Virus record (IMG/VR): IMGVR_UViG_3300020120_000022
Strand: one strand, 5' to 3'
From: a virus
Length of the DNA: 44,059 bases
Within the stretch, counting starts at the first letter, position 1; each line of letters begins with the position of its first letter. The notes beneath the pieces are model-generated. The model saw nothing but the letters and a program-made list of their open reading frames with translations. It was not told the origin of the DNA and made no database searches. A program made the position numbers and the translations under genes. Of this stretch, positions 7,672 through 14,924 are shown in pieces.

Positions 7672-8925
7672 TCAATCCGTGTGCCACGTGCCGACCTCCA
7701 CGAACCACTTGGGCCGCCGCGCCTCGTCCATGTCCTCGACCTCGCGCAACATATCGGTTGCGAGCCACTGCTTGAGGATGTCCTTGATCCGACCCCGCCC
7801 CTTCTCGGCATCGATATTGCAGACCTCAGCCACGACCAGGCCGACCCACTGCTTGGACTGCACGTCCTTGCGGAAGCGACCCTGAGCGACGCGCTGCTGC
7901 ACTTGCTTGAGGTGCCATGTTGAAACCCCGTCGAACGCATCTGGCCACTGCCACGGGCAAGCCACGCCGACGCTGTCTCCATTGGGCAGGTCAACGTTGT
8001 TCATGCGCATCCAGTCTGCCCCTTCGGGGGGCGCGAGGTTTGCTTTGTCGTTCTGCGTCCGGAAGTAGAAGCCGCGGAACTCCGGCGCGATGCCCGCGCG
8101 TTCACCTTCCTCCTTGGTCATCCGATTGTAGACCACGACCGAACGGGCCGCGCCGATCAGTGAGACGGCGCCGCGGCTGCTTTCCGCCGTCACTTCCTGT
8201 CCATTGGTCTTGCGCACGTGGTGGACCAGGTTGATGGCGCAATCGCAGATGTCAGCGATGCGGCTCCATTCTTTCGCCACCATGTCGATCGCCCGGTTAT
8301 CGTTTTCGCTGATCGCGTGGCTGGACACGAAGGGGTCGATGGACAGCACGTCGATGCGCCGCTCGCGCAGCTGCTCAACCACAGCTTCAACGACCGGTCG
8401 CATGATGCGCGAGCCCGTCTCGGTCTCCTCCGCGATGCAGATTGGCTGCTCGCGACCACTGTCTACATAGAGCCGATCTCCAAGGTCCTCTGGCAGCAGG
8501 TCGTACCACTGCACCGCGGCATGGATGCGCCGCTCAGTCTCCTCCGAGGGGTCTTCGAGGTTGTAGAGCCAGACCCGATGCGGCCCTTCAAAGACCTCTT
8601 TGCCGAGGAGCGCGCGCCCGCTCGCGAGGGCCAGGGCCTCGACGATCTTGACGCTCGATTTACCGAGACCGCCAGGCGCGATGTCGAGCGAGAGGAACTT
8701 GCGGATAAGGTGCCGGCCATAGAGCCAGCGCCGCGGCGGGATTGAGGCGGGGTCGCGCCATGTGAATGGAGTGGCCTTGATCTGCGGGCGCTCAGCCTCA
8801 CCCTCGTCGGGATAGGGCGCGAACTCAGGCAGCATAGACCGGCGCTGGTGGAACGCAGCGCGCACGTGATCCAGCCCGAATTGCGCCTCGATGTCGTTGG
8901 CGTCGTAGTTCTCCGACACGGTCAA
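7672..8925 (-). CDS. RepA-like (AAA_25/RecA-fold) replicative helicase, 417 aa
   Basis: Walker A APGGLGKSS, Walker B-like VLSIDPF, and HHVRK. The layout resembles plasmid RSF1010 RepA-type helicases. The TTG start overlaps the primase stop and is preceded by GGGAGGG. Confidence 0.7.
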   Translation of the reverse strand: MTVSENYDANDIEAQFGLDHVRAAFHQRRSMLPEFAPYPDEGEAERPQIKATPFTWRDPASIPPRRWLYGRHLIRKFLSLDIAPGGLGKSSVKIVEALALASGRALLGKEVFEGPHRVWLYNLEDPSEETERRIHAAVQWYDLLPEDLGDRLYVDSGREQPICIAEETETGSRIMRPVVEAVVEQLRERRIDVLSIDPFVSSHAISENDNRAIDMVAKEWSRIADICDCAINLVHHVRKTNGQEVTAESSRGAVSLIGAARSVVVYNRMTKEEGERAGIAPEFRGFYFRTQNDKANLAPPEGADWMRMNNVDLPNGDSVGVACPWQWPDAFDGVSTWHLKQVQQRVAQGRFRKDVQSKQWVGLVVAEVCNIDAEKGRGRIKDILKQWLATDMLREVEDMDEARRPKWFVEVGTWHTD

Positions 8926-9815
8926 GCGGCCCTCCCTTGCGGCTTGCCAAGGGGGTAGGCGACGTGCGCGCCAATCTCGGCGGCAACAGCCTCGGCCGTC
9001 TCGATCCCTGGGTTCTTGTAAGGTTTGCCCTGATCGACGTAGGACCGGGCGGTCTGCTCGTCGTCGTCAGCAAAGACGGTGAAGGCGAGATCAGGCCGCA
9101 GATCGGCCCAGAGGCGGGCGACCTTGGGCATGTTCGCTGTGTTAAATGTGACTATCACGGGCAGACCGGTCGCGCGGTGGACGGTCGAACCAGTCGAATA
9201 GCCTTCGACAAAGACTGCCTCGGCGGTTTCAGTGGCGAACTGGCCGATGATGGCGAACAGGCCATCGATCCGCCCGCCGCGCAGGAAGCGCTTCGTGCCG
9301 TCTGGTCCGATCGCCTGGAGGTTCCACAGCGTACCAGCCTCGTCGCACATCGGCACCAGCAGGCGATTGCCTTCCTGCTTGAGGCCCGTCACGTCGAGGT
9401 TTTTGGCCGCAGCATAAGAATGGTCGGGCGATGCCGGGGGGCATTTGCGCCACTTGTCGGCGGCGTCGAGCGAGGCTTGCGTCTCGTTGTCGCGCCTGGT
9501 GGCCTCGCGCTTCTCGCGCGCTTCGCGCCACTCGCGTTGCAGGGCCTCGCGTTCCGCCGCGGTCAGGGCGGGCCGGTCACTGTTGGTCTTCCACTTGAGG
9601 GTGCCGGTGTTGGCCTTGTAGTTGCCGAAGGCGCCGGCCGGGCGCTCATCGAGGTAGAGGATGGCCCAGCCGTTCTTGCGGCCCTTGCCGTCGCCTTCGC
9701 AGCGGAAGCGGATCAGGTTGCCCGAACCCAGGCGCTGCGCGATCGGTTCGATCGGCACGACGCCATTCGCTTCCATGAAGCCGATGAAATCAGCGATGGC
9801 GTCTGCGTAGCTCAT
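8922..9815 (-). CDS. DNA primase (TOPRIM-type), 297 aa
   Basis: Start MSYADAI forms an ATGA overlap with the upstream stop. N-terminal RFRCEGDGKGRKNGWAILY primase-type motif, and C-terminal TOPRIM-like FVEGYSTGSTV ... VIVTFNTANM ... FADDD. Confidence 0.65.
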   Translation of the reverse strand: MSYADAIADFIGFMEANGVVPIEPIAQRLGSGNLIRFRCEGDGKGRKNGWAILYLDERPAGAFGNYKANTGTLKWKTNSDRPALTAAEREALQREWREAREKREATRRDNETQASLDAADKWRKCPPASPDHSYAAAKNLDVTGLKQEGNRLLVPMCDEAGTLWNLQAIGPDGTKRFLRGGRIDGLFAIIGQFATETAEAVFVEGYSTGSTVHRATGLPVIVTFNTANMPKVARLWADLRPDLAFTVFADDDEQTARSYVDQGKPYKNPGIETAEAVAAEIGAHVAYPLGKPQGRAA

Positions 9816-10003
9816 GCCTCTGTCAGCCCCAATGCCGGGATAAGCACATCCATTTCGGCGGCATTGATGTGCCCGTGCTCGTAGGCGATCATCATCCGTT
9901 GCTTCATCTCGGTCGGATCCTGCCGCGCGGCCGCGACACCCGCCCACACGACGCGAGCGGCAAAATCGGCCAGCGGGAAGATGTTGGCCGGCTCGTGGAT
10001 CAC
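9812..10003 (-). CDS. Hypothetical protein, 63 aa
   Basis: GTG start overlapping the VRR-NUC stop (GTGA), and an ATGA overlap with the primase start. Confidence 0.5.
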   Translation of the reverse strand: MIHEPANIFPLADFAARVVWAGVAAARQDPTEMKQRMMIAYEHGHINAAEMDVLIPALGLTEA

Positions 10004-10464
10004 GTCACCGGCTCCTTGATCGGGCAGCCCAACGACCGCAGCCACGCGATCGCGGACTTCGCCGAGAAGAAGCACGCGACGGCCTGCCCGGAGCGGTGCA
10101 GCCGGTTCATCGTCTCGATCTGCTGCGCGGACAGCTTTCCGGCCGCGCCGCGTGCATCGATACCTTTCATTTCCAACCACGCGACGGTCGGGCCATCGCA
10201 GTGCGCGTCCTCGACCGACCATGCGCAGGTGAGGTCGGGCACGCCGGCGAGAAGCCCTTCCTTGTGCGCCTGGCGCTGAGCTCCCATGCCGCGTTTGCCG
10301 GCATTGGCATTGGCGTAGATCAGCACCTTGGGGCTGGTCTTGCGGATGTAGGCCACCAGCCACGCCTGCCGGTCGAGCTCCGACATGCGGACCCCGTCCG
10401 GCTGCTCGACCGGAAACTCCGGCTCGGGCGCGAGCGTGCTTTCAAGGTCGGCCCAGGTCGTCAC
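10000..10464 (-). CDS. VRR-NUC domain nuclease, 154 aa
   Basis: GLLAGVPDL ... WLEMKG ... KLSAQQIETMNRLHRSGQAVACFFSAKSAIAWL matches the VRR-NUC pattern. The GTG start overlaps the upstream stop. Confidence 0.7.
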   Translation of the reverse strand: MTTWADLESTLAPEPEFPVEQPDGVRMSELDRQAWLVAYIRKTSPKVLIYANANAGKRGMGAQRQAHKEGLLAGVPDLTCAWSVEDAHCDGPTVAWLEMKGIDARGAAGKLSAQQIETMNRLHRSGQAVACFFSAKSAIAWLRSLGCPIKEPVT

Positions 10465-10679
10465 GCGCGGGCCTCCCGGGCCTTGCGGGCCTCGAGTGTG
10501 GCGCGCAGTTCCATCGCCAGTTTCGTCCGCGTGCGCTCGGTCGCATGGCTGCGCACGATGCTGTCGATCATGGCCTCGGTGAGGGTGTGCAGCGGGGCGG
10601 TGGAGACCTTGGCGAATGCCGCCATGCGGTTGGCCTGCTGCGTCATCTGTTCGCGCTTCGGGATCTGGCGGGGCTTCAT
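10461..10679 (-). CDS. Hypothetical protein, 72 aa
   Basis: ATG (MKPRQIPKREQ) in an ATGA overlap with the upstream gene stop. Confidence 0.55.
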   Translation of the reverse strand: MKPRQIPKREQMTQQANRMAAFAKVSTAPLHTLTEAMIDSIVRSHATERTRTKLAMELRATLEARKAREARA

Positions 10680-11605
10680 GCCGCCTCCGCTTCGGTCGGA
10701 GCATAGAACTCGGCCACCCGGAGCATCAGCGGCGAAGCGCTGGCCTCGAACGCCTCGCAGCCGGCGATCACCGTCGAATGATCGCGGTTCATCCATTGAC
10801 CGATCTGCGGATAGGAAAAGCCGCGGCGCCGGAAGATCATCATCGCGGTTCGGCGCGCTGGGATGATCTGGGCATTGCGCGAGGCGCCGAGCAGATCGTC
10901 GGCAGTTAGCTTGAACGCCTCGGCCACCGCCTCGACCGTCGCGCGCCAGCCAGTCCGGGGCACCGGGCGCAGTTCGACCAGCTTTGCCGCCAGTGACGCG
11001 CGGGCGGCATGGTCAGGTTCGGTTTTCGCGACCACAGCAACCTCCAGTCCGTTCGCCCGGCGCCAGCGCTGCATCGTGACCTCGTGCTGGTCCTCGATCA
11101 TGCGGCGGGCTTCGATGGCCTTGAAGCCCTTGAGCTTGATCAGGTCCACGTAGTCCTGGCGCAGCTCTTCGGGGCACCATGCCAGCCGAGTAGCGCGCAG
11201 CGAACGAGCCGCTTTGCGCCGGGCCTCCGATCCAGCCGGCTGCGCGGCCTGCCCGATTTTCCAAACCTCGTTCTCGCGGAAGTAGCGGGTGCGGCGCTCG
11301 ATGATACCGGGATCGCGGGCCAGATTGGCAGCCCGGAGTCGCACATCAGCGAGGTAGGTTGGATCGCCGTCGAGCTTGCGCCGGATGCCAGCACGCTGCT
11401 TCTCCCGATAGGCGGGATCACGCATCGCCGCATGGACAGCGTGCTTGCGGCAGAAGCCAGAAGCGTTCGTATGAGAGACGGGTTCGTCGCACACGGTGCA
11501 GCGCTTTTCCTCGCGCGGCTTCTTCCAGCGGGTCGCCACGTGGGCCTTGCACAGGCCGGTGCGGTTGCGGCTGCTGAGTGGGTGGGCGCAGATGGTGCAG
11601 TTCAT
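10676..11605 (-). CDS. DnaA domain IV-like DNA-binding protein with Cys/His-rich N-terminus (putative replication initiator), 309 aa
   Basis: C-terminal ARRTAMMIFRRRGFSYPQIGQWMNRDHSTVIAG resembles the Bac_DnaA_C helix-turn-helix (R..A.q.AMYL.r..t..S...IG..fg.rDHSTV). The N-terminus has CTIC...CKAH and CTVC...CRKH pairs. Confidence 0.65.
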   Translation of the reverse strand: MNCTICAHPLSSRNRTGLCKAHVATRWKKPREEKRCTVCDEPVSHTNASGFCRKHAVHAAMRDPAYREKQRAGIRRKLDGDPTYLADVRLRAANLARDPGIIERRTRYFRENEVWKIGQAAQPAGSEARRKAARSLRATRLAWCPEELRQDYVDLIKLKGFKAIEARRMIEDQHEVTMQRWRRANGLEVAVVAKTEPDHAARASLAAKLVELRPVPRTGWRATVEAVAEAFKLTADDLLGASRNAQIIPARRTAMMIFRRRGFSYPQIGQWMNRDHSTVIAGCEAFEASASPLMLRVAEFYAPTEAEAA

Positions 11606-12012
11606 GCCGCCCTCACCACGGCCAGCTTGACGTTCAGCGCCGCTTCCTCGCTAGGCCCGATCTCCCGCCCATCCTCGCTCTCACGATGATGCGCGCGGTT
11701 CTTGGTCGCGAGATAGTCCTCCATCGCCTCGGCCGCAGCGTCATGATCGACGCCTTCCGGGGCGCGGACGACAAGGAAGCCTTCGGGCAGCAGCAACGAC
11801 AACAAGTCGCCGGGGATCGCGCCGCACAGTGCGTAAATCGCGGACCCAGGGATCGTGGCCGGCTCAGCCTCTCCGCCCGGGAAGTACGAGCGCAGTGTGT
11901 CGTAGGGCAGGCGGGAGTCGTAGGCGACGACCTTGAGGCTAATGGCCCGGCGGTCCAGTTCGCGGCGGATGGCAAGCTGACGCTCGCGGACGATCATCGT
12001 GACGCTAGGCAT
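11602..12012 (-). CDS. Hypothetical regulatory/replication-associated protein, 136 aa
   Basis: ATG at 12012, 5 nt after the upstream stop, and an ATGA overlap with the downstream gene. No firm motif. Confidence 0.55.
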   Translation of the reverse strand: MPSVTMIVRERQLAIRRELDRRAISLKVVAYDSRLPYDTLRSYFPGGEAEPATIPGSAIYALCGAIPGDLLSLLLPEGFLVVRAPEGVDHDAAAEAMEDYLATKNRAHHRESEDGREIGPSEEAALNVKLAVVRAA

Positions 12013-12016
12013 GATC

Positions 12017-12403
12017 CTATCGCGGCTCCGGTCTAATGGGGATGGAATGGGCAACAGGGTGAGAAACAGGCGTGCGCCAGCGGTAGCCGGGCGCCGCATA
12101 GCCACGATCGGCATGGATCGGATCGGGCAGGCCGTTGGCCGCGAGCCACTTGCGCAGGTTGCAAATCTGGACATGGACGACCTTGGCGTCGTCGCTTCTG
12201 GAGATGCGGTTGAGCAGCGCGTCGGTGGTCATGAACCCGGTGGCCGAGGCCAGCGCATGGAGCAGTTTGGCGCGCGCCGGGGTGGTGCGCAGGAACGGGC
12301 CCCTGAAGGCGACGAACCCGGCAGGATCGATTGCCCATCCATCGCGATAGGCGAAGTGGTCAGGCTTGGCGGTGTGGCCACATGCGGGACAGGGCGCCGT
12401 CAT
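12017..12403 (-). CDS. Zinc-ribbon + winged-helix (OmpR/PhoB Trans_reg_C-like) DNA-binding protein, 128 aa
   Basis: CPACGH near the N-terminus. VVHVQICNLRKWLAANGLPDPIHADRGYAAPGYRW resembles the C-terminal wing of OmpR-type effector domains. ATGA overlap with the upstream stop. Confidence 0.55.
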   Translation of the reverse strand: MTAPCPACGHTAKPDHFAYRDGWAIDPAGFVAFRGPFLRTTPARAKLLHALASATGFMTTDALLNRISRSDDAKVVHVQICNLRKWLAANGLPDPIHADRGYAAPGYRWRTPVSHPVAHSIPIRPEPR

Positions 12404-12603
12404 GGCCGAACCCACCCAGCCAGCGCGGTCCACAGCCGAGAAAGCACGCCCGGTCGCGTTTCGTCGCGATCCAGCGGCTTGACGCGGAACGCGATCCATT
12501 CCCCATCGTCGGAATACCGGGGCGCTGTGGCCAGATGCCACGTCAGCAGGGCGATCGTGAATCCCGCCACACCCGCGATAACCGCGTCCGCCAAAGTCAT
12601 CAT
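12400..12603 (-). CDS. Small membrane protein, 67 aa
   Basis: N-terminal hydrophobic helix (LADAVIAGVAGFTIALLTW), and an ATGA overlap with the downstream gene. Confidence 0.55.
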   Translation of the reverse strand: MMTLADAVIAGVAGFTIALLTWHLATAPRYSDDGEWIAFRVKPLDRDETRPGVLSRLWTALAGWVRP

Positions 12604-12652
12604 TGCCCCCGTCTCGTGCGCCGATCCCGCAGCGCGTGGTGTTCAGATCAGT

Positions 12653-12790
12653 TCAGGCGTCGGCGGCGCCGTCTCCGTCCGGTCGGCCCAGGTGGAACCC
12701 GTCGCTGTCCTCGTAGCCCTCAGGGGCCGTGATGAATTCGCGGATGAGGTGCAGCACGCTGATGCCTGCGATGATCAGCGTGGGGATCAT
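12653..12790 (-). CDS. Small membrane protein, 45 aa (below ORF-track cutoff)
   Basis: ATG in an ATGA overlap with the cro-like stop. MIPTLIIAGISVLHLI is a hydrophobic helix followed by an acidic tail. Confidence 0.4.
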   Translation of the reverse strand: MIPTLIIAGISVLHLIREFITAPEGYEDSDGFHLGRPDGDGAADA

Positions 12791-13005
12791 GCGGCGGCGT
12801 CCGTGGGCGTCGAGTACTTGCGCATGAAGTCGAGTACGGTGTGCGCAGTCTTGAGCGTCAACGACCGCCCGGCGCGCATCCCGGCGACGAGATTGGGGTC
12901 GCCAATGGCGTTACGTCCGAATGTGGTGATGCCCATGCCGTGCTGTGCGCAGAATGCTTCCATCTGCTTCAGCAGGTCTGCGTCGCTCGCCAGCTGCGTA
13001 TCCAT
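12787..13005 (-). CDS. Cro-like small early regulator, 72 aa (alternative starts 13017 and 13041)
   Basis: Divergent from the CI-like gene and first gene of the leftward operon. The predicted -10 (13013-13018) lies upstream of the ATG at 13005, so the shorter, nearly leaderless form is favoured. Confidence 0.55.
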   Translation of the reverse strand: MDTQLASDADLLKQMEAFCAQHGMGITTFGRNAIGDPNLVAGMRAGRSLTLKTAHTVLDFMRKYSTPTDAAA

Positions 13006-13008
13006 GAA

Positions 13009-13041
13009 ATCCAACATAGTTGGATATGTCCGACCTTGCAA
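13009..13041 (-). promoter_or_regulatory. Leftward early promoter with operator: TTGCAA-N17-TATGTT, plus the 17-bp palindrome ATCCAACATAGTTGGAT
   Basis: Read on the minus strand: -35 at 13041-13036, the spacer GGTCGGACATATCCAAC (identical to 15806-15822), and -10 at 13018-13013. The perfect 7-3-7 palindrome is at 13009-13025. Confidence 0.5.
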
Positions 13042-13053
13042 GTAGGAAACATC

Positions 13054-13815
13054 ATGCTTCCGTCGATAAGTCCGACGTGGGATTTATCCGACATGACGGA
13101 TGCAACTGCATTGCGGGGCAAGGCGCTATACGACGCGCTTATGCGGCTGAAGCCTGAGAACCTGGTCGAAACTGATTGGGCGACTTCCGCCGGGGTCAAT
13201 CGTGGGTTCTTCTCGAACCTCAAGGCGAAAGAGAACAGCCCGCGCTGTGACACCCTGAGCAAGCTGCTGCGGCACATCGGTAAGACCGAGGCGGACCTAG
13301 ACGAGGGTGTCATCCCGCCGAGCAATGCGCGCGTTGTCAGGTTTGAGGGAGCAAGTGACGTTCATCTGCCGAGAGACGTGCCTGTGTTTGGTACATCGCT
13401 TGGCGCGCCTCTTGAGTTCGACGGGGAAGCGATCGAGCAAACGATGCTCAACACGGGAAATACCATTGCGTACCTGCCACGCCCGACCGTCTTAAACGGC
13501 CAGAAATACGCCTACGGCCTCTATGTGCAGGGATCTTCCATGGCCCCGCGCTTCGAGGATGGGGAAACCATTTTTGTCACTGATTGCCGCCATTCCAAGC
13601 CGCCCAAGATTGGCGATGACGTAGTGGTCTACATCCGCGATTGCGAGGACGACGACGGCGAGCGCGCAGTGGGGGTTCTCGTGAAGCGGCTTGTCCGGAG
13701 AACTGCCAATTACGTCGAGCTGGAGCAGTTCACCCCGGCGGTTACGTTCCAGATCGAGGCGAGCAAAATCCTGCGTATGGATCGGGTCATCCCCTGGATG
13801 GAATTGCTATCGTGA
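13054..13815 (+). CDS. CI-like repressor with LexA/S24 autopeptidase domain, 253 aa
   Basis: C-terminal GSSMAPRFEDGE (catalytic Ser) and VKRL (Lys) form an S24 dyad. There is an N-terminal HTH-like region. AGGA lies 6 nt before the ATG at 13054, and the gene is divergent from the cro-like gene. Confidence 0.85.
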   Translation: MLPSISPTWDLSDMTDATALRGKALYDALMRLKPENLVETDWATSAGVNRGFFSNLKAKENSPRCDTLSKLLRHIGKTEADLDEGVIPPSNARVVRFEGASDVHLPRDVPVFGTSLGAPLEFDGEAIEQTMLNTGNTIAYLPRPTVLNGQKYAYGLYVQGSSMAPRFEDGETIFVTDCRHSKPPKIGDDVVVYIRDCEDDDGERAVGVLVKRLVRRTANYVELEQFTPAVTFQIEASKILRMDRVIPWMELLS

Positions 13816-13834
13816 TCTGGATAGGGAGGTGGAT

Positions 13835-14218
13835 TTGAGAAAGGCAAGCGTCATTCTGGCCGCACTAGCCACGTCATCTGCGGCCGGCGCGCAAACTACA
13901 AATTGCAACTGGTCTGGCCCAACTTGGCAATGCCGGCAGCAGCCTGATTTCCATACCCCACCAGTCCAGACGCCGAATGCGGGATCAATGCTGGACGCTT
14001 ATCGCGCTGGGCGTGAAGATCGACAACGCTACGAAGAAGCGCACAGAGCCACGCCGCCTCCTGCCGCGACACAGGACAGTGGACCAGATTTCGTGCGGTA
14101 CAAAGTCATCCAACTATTACGACGCGGAGACTGTGCTGGCGCCGCGGACATCGCATTGGCGGGTGGCGACATTGATTTGGCTGCCAAGGCAAAGGCTTAC
14201 TGCAACCCCACCCCCTGA
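13835..14218 (+). CDS. Secreted (Sec signal peptide) Cys-containing protein, 127 aa
   Basis: TTG start 5-6 nt after GGGAGG, 20 nt after the cI stop. MRKASVILAALATSSAAGA-Q signal peptide and four Cys in the mature part. Confidence 0.55.
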   Translation: MRKASVILAALATSSAAGAQTTNCNWSGPTWQCRQQPDFHTPPVQTPNAGSMLDAYRAGREDRQRYEEAHRATPPPAATQDSGPDFVRYKVIQLLRRGDCAGAADIALAGGDIDLAAKAKAYCNPTP

Positions 14219-14242
14219 CCGGATGGGAGCGAGGGAGAGATT

Positions 14243-14440
14243 ATGGATTATCGAGTGTACGGATTCGATCAAACGGGCGCGCGTCATGAGGTCACCTCCA
14301 CGCCGTCCGCCCGAGTTGCCCGCACGTACAGGGACGCAGGCAACAGCCCCTGGGACAGGGTCGAGGTATTCGGCGCCGACGGCGCATTGTCGGTCGAGCA
14401 GCTCAACCGTTTGGCTGAAATAGATCACAGGTACAGTTGA
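14243..14440 (+). CDS. Hypothetical protein, 65 aa
   Basis: ATG preceded by GAGGGAGAG. Same strand and operon as cI. Confidence 0.6.
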   Translation: MDYRVYGFDQTGARHEVTSTPSARVARTYRDAGNSPWDRVEVFGADGALSVEQLNRLAEIDHRYS

Positions 14441-14447
14441 GGCGATC

Positions 14448-14924
14448 ATGAGGGTGAGGGCCGCCGCACGCCTGAGGAAGATCATCACGTCAGATACGCG
14501 GTGGAAGCGGGATGACGTTCAGCGGCGGTATTGCCCGATCAACAGCAGAACCAAGCCGATCCGGGCAGGTTGGGAGTGGCGGTCGCTCAAGGCCGCGTCA
14601 GATGACGGACGGAAATTCATCGCCTACCTCGAAGCGAATGTGCGCAAGGGCGATTTCAAATCAGTGCTGATTGAGGAGACCGTTAACGGCCCATCAGTGA
14701 TTGCCCGTTACGAATATCACTCCAGCCACCCAGGCATTCACGTCCACGCTCATTGTGAGCGAAGCGGGATCGAAATTGGGGCAAGCGGGATGGATAAACT
14801 GGAACGAGCGCCGCGCGTGAAGGAGCGGCACCGGCGGATCAGCGCATTATCTCTATCGACATTTCTGGCGGCAGCGAGCAGATTCTACGGTATGGAGTAC
14901 GATACTGGCCCTCTCTTTTCGTGA
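14448..14924 (+). CDS. Hypothetical protein, 158 aa, basic N-terminus and His cluster (YHSSHPGIHVHAHC)
   Basis: ATG 8 nt after the upstream stop with GAGG upstream. Its stop overlaps the start of the next gene (TGATG). Confidence 0.65.
   Translation: MRVRAAARLRKIITSDTRWKRDDVQRRYCPINSRTKPIRAGWEWRSLKAASDDGRKFIAYLEANVRKGDFKSVLIEETVNGPSVIARYEYHSSHPGIHVHAHCERSGIEIGASGMDKLERAPRVKERHRRISALSLSTFLAAASRFYGMEYDTGPLFS

Noticed and set aside
7244-7885. ORFs 7244..7885(+), 7275..7775(+) and 7391..7768(-) across the iteron region.
   Set aside because: Their sequence is dominated by the short repeats and is low-complexity (Pro/Ser/Leu/Arg). No starts have an SD. The region is better explained as a non-coding origin or iteron array.
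14108-14114. An additional ATCCAAC half-site inside the secreted-protein gene.
   Set aside because: It is a single 7-mer with no partner half-site or promoter context, so a chance occurrence cannot be excluded.
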